A DNA stretch of 64,000 nt, taken from assembly GCA_016185545.1 (NCBI GenBank), contig JACPNJ010000005.1, positions 271,717 to 335,716 on the forward strand. The letters run 5' to 3'. Under the pieces are notes generated by a model. It saw only the letters and a list, made by a program, of their open reading frames with translations. It was not told the origin of the DNA and did no database searches. Origin of the DNA: Candidatus Yanofskybacteria bacterium (GTDB taxonomy: Bacteria; Patescibacteriota; Minisyncoccia; 2-02-FULL-40-12; IGHO2-01-FULL-4-A). Of the stretch, positions 29,707-37,087 are shown piece after piece (within the stretch, counting starts at the first letter, position 1; every line of letters begins with the position of its first letter). A program made the translations under genes and the position numbers.

Positions 29707-31470
29707 TCAATAAGATCCGAGCAAAAATCTTATTATCGCTCCCAGATAAACACTATTCAGCAATGATTGCGGCTGTTCTGTTTCCGGCGGCAAAGGAGGA
29801 GGCACTTGAATTTCTGACGGGATAAACTGACCTTCGCCCGGCTGCGGCGGCAGTGGCAACGACCGGCCTTCAAATTCCAGTGGCTGATTTAATTCTTGGG
29901 GATGCTGATTTTGTTTTTCGGGGAAAGGTTGATTGAAAGGTTGATTGAAATTTTCAGGAAACGGCGGCCTATCCATGGACCTATCTCCTGGCATTGGCGA
30001 AAACTCCGGAGGTATTGGGAACGTTCGTGGCATCAATGGCCTTTCTCCCTGTTCTTCCAACGATTTATTAAAATCGCGACATTTTTCTGGATTTTGCAAA
30101 CATAAATTTTGGCATTCTTTTGGTGAACTGCAGCCTCCTGGACCTCGAAACCCACCTTGCTTACCTGGCGGAAAGCCTTCAGGCGGCATACCTTCTGGCG
30201 GCATATTTTCCGGCGGACCGTTCTCTTCACCCCGTCTATGGTTTATATCCGCCGGGGATTCCATTTCTCTGGGCGGAAATTTATCAAAGCAACTTTTCAT
30301 TTGGTTTCCTATCTGCGGACCAGGCGTTAGCTCTCCGGACTGTATTTTATTTATGATGTTTTCCCCCAATGCTGATTTGAGACAATCTTTTATTTCGGGC
30401 GGAGCATTATTCAAACCTTCCCGCATCCTGCCCATTCCCTCTTTCATTTCATTTATTTGTTCTGCCGGTATTAAGCCGTTTTCTTCGGCAAATTTAAAGC
30501 ATGCTTCCTGATTGGCAGAGTTGTTACAGAATGATTCGCATTCTTCTTTTCCCTTGCAGCCGCCGGGTCCCTTACCACGCGTTTTGCGAGCTATTTCGGC
30601 CTCCTTGCCGTCAATAAATCCGGCCGCTTCGGCAAAATTGGCACATTCATCAAAATGTTCATCGCTTTGGCAATAACTGTCGCACTCCGTTTTTCCTCTG
30701 CAATTTGGCGGTTTTATTCCTTTCTTAATGGCTGAGAGCATTTTTTGAGAATCTTCTTTCTCCTTGTCGTTCATCAACCCGGCTTCTATGGCAAAATTCA
30801 TACAGACCTCCAAATTGTCCGGCTGTTGGCAGTACTGATCGCATGCTTCCTTTCCTCTGCAAGGCGGCGGCTTAACTCCTCTTTTAACGGCTTGCAAAAC
30901 TTTTCGTGATTCCGCAAGTTCCCGGTCATCCATAAAACCGGCCTCTTGGGCAAAGGCAATGCATTCTTCCATGTGGTTTTGGTCTTCGCAATAACTGTCA
31001 CAAGCCTTCTTATTTCCGCAGGACGGAGGTTTAACCCCTCTTTTAATGGCGGCTCTAACCTTTTTTGCCTCTTCCAGTTCCTTAGGAGGCAGAAAATTAT
31101 TTTGTTCCGCGAAAGAAACGCATTCATCTATATTTGAAATATCGTTACAATAAGATTCGCATGAATCTTTCCCTGTGCATCCGCCTGGACCTTTATTGCC
31201 GGCAGCCGTGAATTTTCTTGCCATCTCTATCTCTTCTTTGGGCATCAGATTATTCTCTTCGGCAAAGTTAAGACACGCTTCGGTGTTTTCCGATTTATCA
31301 CAAAAATTGCGGCAATCTGTTTCACTTCTACAATTGCCGAGTTGGAGAATAGGATATTGAATATTGGCAGTACTAGTAGCTGCTGTTTGGGCAAAAACTA
31401 TGCTGATAAAAAACACTGATACTGCAGCAGTTAAGCCCAAAATGGATGTTTTTAAAATTTTATTTATCAT
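29707..31470 (-). CDS. Secreted Cys-rich repeat protein with Pro-rich tail
   Basis: Signal peptide; six C-x5-C-x3-C-x8-C units plus one variant; hydrophobic C-terminus. Confidence 0.8.
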   Translation of the reverse strand: MINKILKTSILGLTAAVSVFFISIVFAQTAATSTANIQYPILQLGNCRSETDCRNFCDKSENTEACLNFAEENNLMPKEEIEMARKFTAAGNKGPGGCTGKDSCESYCNDISNIDECVSFAEQNNFLPPKELEEAKKVRAAIKRGVKPPSCGNKKACDSYCEDQNHMEECIAFAQEAGFMDDRELAESRKVLQAVKRGVKPPPCRGKEACDQYCQQPDNLEVCMNFAIEAGLMNDKEKEDSQKMLSAIKKGIKPPNCRGKTECDSYCQSDEHFDECANFAEAAGFIDGKEAEIARKTRGKGPGGCKGKEECESFCNNSANQEACFKFAEENGLIPAEQINEMKEGMGRMREGLNNAPPEIKDCLKSALGENIINKIQSGELTPGPQIGNQMKSCFDKFPPREMESPADINHRRGEENGPPENMPPEGMPPEGFPPGKQGGFRGPGGCSSPKECQNLCLQNPEKCRDFNKSLEEQGERPLMPRTFPIPPEFSPMPGDRSMDRPPFPENFNQPFNQPFPEKQNQHPQELNQPLEFEGRSLPLPPQPGEGQFIPSEIQVPPPLPPETEQPQSLLNSVYLGAIIRFLLGSY

Positions 31471-31473
31471 ACA

Positions 31474-31740
31474 TCATTTGAACGGATTGGTTTTTACATT
31501 CTTGAATGGGTTTGTTTGGGACAAGGGGTTGGTATCGGGCTTGTTGCTTAATGGATTTAACTCTGGAAGTTTATCGCCGGGATTTTCCGCTTTCTGGTAA
31601 AGATCGCTGCCAATGCCGCCAGGGGTTGGCGTAACGACCGGCGCGATAACTTGTTGTCGGATTCGTAGCCGCCACAAAAGAACGGCAATTGCCGCAATGA
31701 TTATAATTGCAAAAACATACAATTTTACGCGATCAACCAC
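31474..31740 (-). CDS. Small single-TM protein
   Basis: N-terminal TM, repeated TNP/NP tail. Confidence 0.6.
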   Translation of the reverse strand: MVDRVKLYVFAIIIIAAIAVLLWRLRIRQQVIAPVVTPTPGGIGSDLYQKAENPGDKLPELNPLSNKPDTNPLSQTNPFKNVKTNPFK

Positions 31741-31846
31741 ACATTTATTATATTACCTTGTGACTCGGCCGTAAAAACAAAATTGTTGATAACCAATATC
31801 CTCCCTAAATCAAAACGGCCCACTGGGCCGTTTTGATTTAGGGAGG

Positions 31847-31918
31847 AGCCGGAGGTGAGACTCGAACTCACGGCCTGAGCTTTACGAAAGCCCTGCTCTG
31901 CCTCTGAGCTACTCCGGC
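31847..31918 (-). tRNA. tRNA-Thr(CGT)
   Basis: GCCGGAG acceptor, TAGCTCAG, anticodon CGT, GTTCGAGTC. Confidence 0.93.
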
Positions 31919-31998
31919 ATGAAAAGGTTGGTTTTCTAAAACCGCATATTTATGTTACTCTATTTTTAGCAATTTTAAAAGATCATGGGGGCGCTAAA

Positions 31999-32262
31999 AT
32001 GACCCAGATAGAAAAAAATTTAATAATAAAAACATCGTCTCACAGAATGCAACATCTTATACGCAGTGGGGCTAGAGTTATAGAATTCCAAAAATTCTTG
32101 GGCGTTCAGGGAGCTCAAATGTACAAAACGACAGTAAGCTGTAACTCACAAGTTTTTTATACTATCCAAGAAAAACCTTTTTCATATATGATCGATGCAG
32201 AGGGTCAATTGTTCACCGCTAATAAATGCGAATGTGCTCAATCTATTTCGTGCCTATTGTAA
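31999..32262 (+). CDS. Hypothetical protein
   Basis: ORF with G-rich SD-like sequence and downstream hairpin + U-tract. Confidence 0.5.
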   Translation: MTQIEKNLIIKTSSHRMQHLIRSGARVIEFQKFLGVQGAQMYKTTVSCNSQVFYTIQEKPFSYMIDAEGQLFTANKCECAQSISCLL

Positions 32263-32333
32263 GATAGGTTTTTTTATTTTGATAAAAAAACGGGCGTTGG
32301 CCCGCGTATAACATTCGAGGTTTTTTGCAAATA

Positions 32334-33506
32334 TCAATTTTCCAGCTGAAATATTCCAGCCGCGCCCATACCGCCGCCTATACACATTGTTTCAAGACCG
32401 AATTCCACGCCACGCCGCCGCATTTCGTAAATTAGCGTTGCGGCAATCCGCACACCCGAACATCCTAGCGGATGACCTAGCGCTATTGCTCCACCGTTCA
32501 CGTTGAGACTGCCACGATTAAGGGGAATCTCACGCAATACCGCAAGCGCTTGCACCGCAAATGCTTCATTAAGTTCAATCAAGCCAATTTGACTCAAGTA
32601 AAGCGAAGTCCTCCTTGATACTTCTTTAATCGCAGTCACCGGTCCAACGCCGAAAAGTTCAGGTTGCACACCAATAACTGCGTAATCAATTAGCCGCGCC
32701 AGCGGTTTTACACCGATTTCATTTGCACACTCGCGGGACATAAGCATTACCGCCGCCGCTCCATCGCTCATCTGGGAAGCATTGCCTGCCGTCACGGTTG
32801 AATCAGGGTCTTTATCTTTTTCTATTGGTTCAAGCTTAGCCAGTTTTTCCAAAGAAGTATTGCGCCTCGGTCCCTCATCAAGGTTAACCCAGCCGAGAAG
32901 TGTATTAACCGGTACAATTTCTTCTTTAAATTTTGAGTTATCTTGCGCTCGTACGGCTTTCCGGTGGCTTTCAAACGCAAATTTATCCTGTTCCTGACGC
33001 GAAATCCCGTATTTCTTTCTTAAAACTTCTGCGCCGCCGATGGTTGAGATGTATGCATGCGTTTCATTAAGAAGCACGGGATGGGGTTCAAACTTATTGC
33101 CCATCATAGGCACCATACTCATACTCTCCACGCCCCCGGCGATAATGACTTCAGCTCCTCCGGCTTTGATTCTGTCGGTTCCAAGCGAGATCGCCTGCAG
33201 TCCGGATGAACAGAAACGATTAACGGTCATGCCCGGAATAGTAATCGGTAATCCGGCTAATAGACAGATATTACGGGCAATATTCATGCCTTGCTGGGCT
33301 TCGGGAAAGGCACAGCCAAAAATAACATCATCAATACAAAATGGGTTGAGCTGTGGAACCATTTTCAAAAGATTCCTCACGACAATTGCGCCAAGATCAT
33401 CAGGACGGATTTGGCTTAATGCTCCCCTTATTTTGCCTACCGGCGTACGACATGCCGCCACAATAACCGCATCGTTATCAGACCCGCAAAAACACCTATG
33501 AGACAT
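32334..33506 (-). CDS. Acetyl-CoA C-acyltransferase (thiolase)
   Basis: NRFCSSG, ELNEAFA, GGAIALGHPLG, CIGGGMG. Confidence 0.95.
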   Translation of the reverse strand: MSHRCFCGSDNDAVIVAACRTPVGKIRGALSQIRPDDLGAIVVRNLLKMVPQLNPFCIDDVIFGCAFPEAQQGMNIARNICLLAGLPITIPGMTVNRFCSSGLQAISLGTDRIKAGGAEVIIAGGVESMSMVPMMGNKFEPHPVLLNETHAYISTIGGAEVLRKKYGISRQEQDKFAFESHRKAVRAQDNSKFKEEIVPVNTLLGWVNLDEGPRRNTSLEKLAKLEPIEKDKDPDSTVTAGNASQMSDGAAAVMLMSRECANEIGVKPLARLIDYAVIGVQPELFGVGPVTAIKEVSRRTSLYLSQIGLIELNEAFAVQALAVLREIPLNRGSLNVNGGAIALGHPLGCSGVRIAATLIYEMRRRGVEFGLETMCIGGGMGAAGIFQLEN

Positions 33507-33659
33507 CGACTACCCCCATGTTTTAAAGTCCAGTTTCACAGTCTAAACCTAAATAAAAACAGGAAAAAAGTCAAAAAATACACCAGTCAGCTGGTGTATT
33601 TTTTATTTTGAGCGGGCCGCCCTGTGGGCGAGCCTCGCTCAAAAATGCTAGCATTTTTG

Positions 33660-33730
33660 AGCGGGGTACGGGAGTTGAACCCGTTTCTCAACCTTGGGAA
33701 GGTCGTGTTAGGCCGTTTAACTAACCCCGC
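33660..33730 (-). tRNA. tRNA-Gly(CCC)
   Basis: GCGGGGT acceptor, anticodon CCC, GGTTCAACTCC. Confidence 0.92.
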
Positions 33731-33734
33731 TTAT

Positions 33735-34133
33735 TTATCTGTTTATCAAATATTTCCACCATTGTTTTAGATTCGTGACAAATTTATTTTCAAAAATTTC
33801 CTGTGCTCGCCCCACTTCTAAACCAGTCTGGTGGAAGGGTGTGGTTTCCGTGTTTTTCCGATACACATAAACTACTCTCTCGTCGGGTTTTTTGTAATTA
33901 AGCTTCAGCCGCGCTTGTCTTTCCAAATAGTCATTACTTTTCAGATAATCACTGAGTTCTTTTAACTCTAAACTTGTTTTTTCCGCCTCGTTAATTTTTT
34001 GATCAAGGTTTTTAAGCTCTTTGCGAACAATCATAATCGGCGGCCCAAGTTTTATGGTAGAAATCAAAAAAAACCCGATTATTACCAAAACAATAACCGT
34101 AAACGATTTGGATTGTAAAATCTCTTTTAACAT
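33735..34133 (-). CDS. Septum formation initiator (DivIC/FtsB-like)
   Basis: TM + coiled coil + YLERQARLKLNYKKPDE. Confidence 0.8.
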   Translation of the reverse strand: MLKEILQSKSFTVIVLVIIGFFLISTIKLGPPIMIVRKELKNLDQKINEAEKTSLELKELSDYLKSNDYLERQARLKLNYKKPDERVVYVYRKNTETTPFHQTGLEVGRAQEIFENKFVTNLKQWWKYLINR

Positions 34134-34148
34134 TTCGGTCTGTACGTC

Positions 34149-34196
34149 TGTACGACATCGCAAGTCGTGCAATTGCACGACTTGCGATGTCGTACA
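34149..34196. repeat. Perfect 48-bp palindrome
   Basis: tgtacgacatcgcaagtcgtgcaa|ttgcacgacttgcgatgtcgtaca. Confidence 0.9.
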
Positions 34197-34247
34197 TATT
34201 GTCATATATATGCCGTATATTCATTCGCAATTCATCGTCAAGCCTTA

Positions 34248-34733
34248 TTAGATTGTGCTTCTATTTTGCCTGATATTGTTTATTAGCTCTATCGTTTCAT
34301 CCGGGTTAGCGATTTTTTCCAAGATAATCTCGTTTTCCGCGGCAGTTCTGATTTTCAGGTCTCCATAATCATAAAGCGATGCGTTCATTCCACGCTTACT
34401 GTAAGTAATTTCCACGATGTCTTGGTACAAAAGTTCGGTTACAGTCTTTGAAAAAAATCCATGCTGCTCATTTTCAACAACACGCTGATTCGTTATAATC
34501 AAAGCATCATTTTTCCATATAAAACATTTCTGCAGTATAATGAAAGTAACAATGAGTGCGCTGAGAATTAAAGTTAAAGTCCAATAACCGAAGAAATCAA
34601 AATCTAGCGAATATCTGACCAGGAACAGTCCGACAACAATTAGCGGCCAGGTAAAAAACACCGGGATTAAAAACATCACGTGTTTCCGTGCAATTTTGAT
34701 TAATTCTTCATCCTGGCGTAAGATAATAGGCAT
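34248..34733 (-). CDS. Membrane protein with bacterial PH domain
   Basis: 2 TM, IITNQRVV, YGDLKIRTA. Confidence 0.75.
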   Translation of the reverse strand: MPIILRQDEELIKIARKHVMFLIPVFFTWPLIVVGLFLVRYSLDFDFFGYWTLTLILSALIVTFIILQKCFIWKNDALIITNQRVVENEQHGFFSKTVTELLYQDIVEITYSKRGMNASLYDYGDLKIRTAAENEIILEKIANPDETIELINNIRQNRSTI

Positions 34734-34767
34734 ATTCGTGTGCGCTATTCGTCAAGCGTATGTAACT

Positions 34768-34869
34768 ATGTTTTCCAAAAAAGCTATTAAATATATCTCC
34801 ATAGTTGTAGCCGTCCTCACCATTGTCTCCATGGTCGCCTTTTTGCTTATTCCCCTTCTTCGTTTTTAA
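34768..34869 (+). CDS. 33-aa single-TM peptide MFSKKAIKYISIVVAVLTIVSMVAFLLIPLLRF
   Basis: Basic N-terminus plus hydrophobic helix; below the ORF-track cutoff. Confidence 0.55.
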   Translation: MFSKKAIKYISIVVAVLTIVSMVAFLLIPLLRF

Positions 34870-34946
34870 ACTTCAGCAGGCAAATCTTCTTGAAATTAGA
34901 TAAATTATAACCCCGGGATATAAAAAAATAAATGATAGGGGGTCAT

Positions 34947-36764
34947 TTATTTTTTTAGCATTTCCAAAAATACCTTCTGTGGTATTTCCACTTTACCCCG
35001 CTCCTTCATTTTAGCTTTCCCGCGTTTTTGTTTTTCTAGCAACTTCTTTTTGCGGGTCACATCGCCGCCATACAGGTAACCCGTAACATCTTTGCGCAAA
35101 GCGGGTATGGTTTCTCGGGCAATGATTTTACCTCCGATAGCCGCCTGTAAAGATACCGCAAACCATTGCCGCGGCAATATCTTTTTCAATTTTTCAACAA
35201 TCCGCCTGCCTTCATGATATGTCCGCTCGCGCGGCACAATTTTGGAAAACGGCTCAACTTTTTCCTCGGCGACTAAAATATCCAGCCGTACCAAATCATA
35301 AACTTGATAACGAGCCGGCTCATAGCTCATGGAGGCGTAGCCGGAACTGACACTTTTGAGCCGGTCGTAAAAGTCTGTAATTATTTCTGACAATGGCACA
35401 AGGTACTTCAATATCGCCACCTCCTTGCTTAAATAATCGGTCGATCTATACTGGCTCCGCAATTCCGACAAAAGTTTCATTAATTGTCCCATGTACGATA
35501 CTGGGCTTAAAATTTCCAAATCAACCATCGGCTCTTCTATACTCTCTATTATGCCGGGGTCGGGTAGAGCGGCGGCTGAACGCACCTTTAGAACCTCACT
35601 TTTTTTTGTAGCAACATGATATTCCACAGATGGTGTGGAAACAATAAGAGCAAGGCCGAATTCACGACGCAAACGTTCGCTGACTATTTCAATATGCAAC
35701 ATGCCGAGAAATCCCAGACGAAAACCGCGCCCTAACGCCGGCGAAGATTCGGGTTCATAAACCAGCGAAGCATCGGTAAGCTTCAATTTGCCAAGTGCGT
35801 CTTTAAGTACGTCGTAATCATCGCTAGATTCAGGATAAAAACTGGCAAACACCATAGGTTTTGGCTCTTGATAACCGGATAGAGGTTTTAAAATTTCATT
35901 TTGAGATTTGAGATTTGAGATTTGAGATTTAAATATCGTATCGCCGACTCTAATTTGCCCGGGATCTTTTAGACCCGTAGCAATATAACCAATCTCACCG
36001 GCAGACAACATCGATTCCTTTTTAAGTTGCGGCGCAAAATAGCCGACTTCCACAACATCAGAAGTGGCCCTTGAGGCAAATAACTTAATTTTCTCTCCCG
36101 CTTTTATGGAACCGCCGAAAACTCTGACAAAAGCAATAACACCCTTATAAATATCAAAGGCTGAGTCAAAAATCAGAGCACGAAATGATGAGGGTTTAGG
36201 GTCTAGGGTATAGGGTATAGACGGCGTAATTTTGGCAATTACTGCTTCAAGAACTTGTTCCACTCCTTCGCCGGTTTTGGCGGAAATTTTTAAAATATCC
36301 TCGCGCGGCATGGTTAATAAATTTACCAGTTCTTCCTCCGCTTCGGCGACTCGCGCATTCGGCAAATCAATTTTGTTAATCACTGGAATAATTGCCAGCC
36401 CTTGTTTCTGCGCCAAATGTAAATTCGCCAGTGTCTGCGCCTGCACGCCCTTAGTCGCATCCACCAACAAAATCACTCCCTCAACAGCGGCAAGTGAACG
36501 GGAAACTTCATAAGAGAAATCCACATGACCCGGAGTATCAATAAGATTAAGCGTGTAACGGTTGGCATTTAGGGCGTAGGACATTCTAACAGGCTGGAGT
36601 TTAATGGTAATCCCCCGCTCGCGTTCCAGTTCCATCTGGTCTAAAAACTGCTCGTGCATCTTCCGTTTCTCAACCGTTCCAGTTAATTCCAAAAACCTGT
36701 CGGCTAAAGTTGACTTGCCGTGATCAATGTGGGCAACGATACAGAAATTGCGGATATTTTGCAT
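34947..36764 (-). CDS. lepA: Elongation factor 4
   Basis: IRNFCIVAHIDHGKSTLADR, GFLGMLH, YGGDVTRKKKLL. Confidence 0.97.
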   Translation of the reverse strand: MQNIRNFCIVAHIDHGKSTLADRFLELTGTVEKRKMHEQFLDQMELERERGITIKLQPVRMSYALNANRYTLNLIDTPGHVDFSYEVSRSLAAVEGVILLVDATKGVQAQTLANLHLAQKQGLAIIPVINKIDLPNARVAEAEEELVNLLTMPREDILKISAKTGEGVEQVLEAVIAKITPSIPYTLDPKPSSFRALIFDSAFDIYKGVIAFVRVFGGSIKAGEKIKLFASRATSDVVEVGYFAPQLKKESMLSAGEIGYIATGLKDPGQIRVGDTIFKSQISNLKSQNEILKPLSGYQEPKPMVFASFYPESSDDYDVLKDALGKLKLTDASLVYEPESSPALGRGFRLGFLGMLHIEIVSERLRREFGLALIVSTPSVEYHVATKKSEVLKVRSAAALPDPGIIESIEEPMVDLEILSPVSYMGQLMKLLSELRSQYRSTDYLSKEVAILKYLVPLSEIITDFYDRLKSVSSGYASMSYEPARYQVYDLVRLDILVAEEKVEPFSKIVPRERTYHEGRRIVEKLKKILPRQWFAVSLQAAIGGKIIARETIPALRKDVTGYLYGGDVTRKKKLLEKQKRGKAKMKERGKVEIPQKVFLEMLKK

Positions 36765-36797
36765 AAACCACAAAACCTGCCTCTCGAAAGGCAGGTT

Positions 36798-37082
36798 TCA
36801 TTTTTCCAAAGTTTGATCCCCCGATTTGTCACTCAATTTTTCTAAAGATTCCATTTCAACTATTCTTTTTCTTTCTTTCATTCCCCTTTCTTTGCCTGCC
36901 CATATATCTCTTTCTTCTTTTTTAACTAAAACCTTACCCGCGAAAGGAGTATTTTCCCCAAAAATTTTTGTGATTTTCCAGCCGCTATCTTTTATACCGC
37001 GACCCAAAAGAATTGAAACCTCTTGGCCAATCTCGAAACTCGATTTGCTTACTTTTTTCTCGTTAAAATTTTCTTGATTCAC
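36798..37082 (-). CDS. Hypothetical protein
   Basis: ORF in operon orientation. Confidence 0.5.
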   Translation of the reverse strand: MNQENFNEKKVSKSSFEIGQEVSILLGRGIKDSGWKITKIFGENTPFAGKVLVKKEERDIWAGKERGMKERKRIVEMESLEKLSDKSGDQTLEK

Positions 37083-37087
37083 GGATA

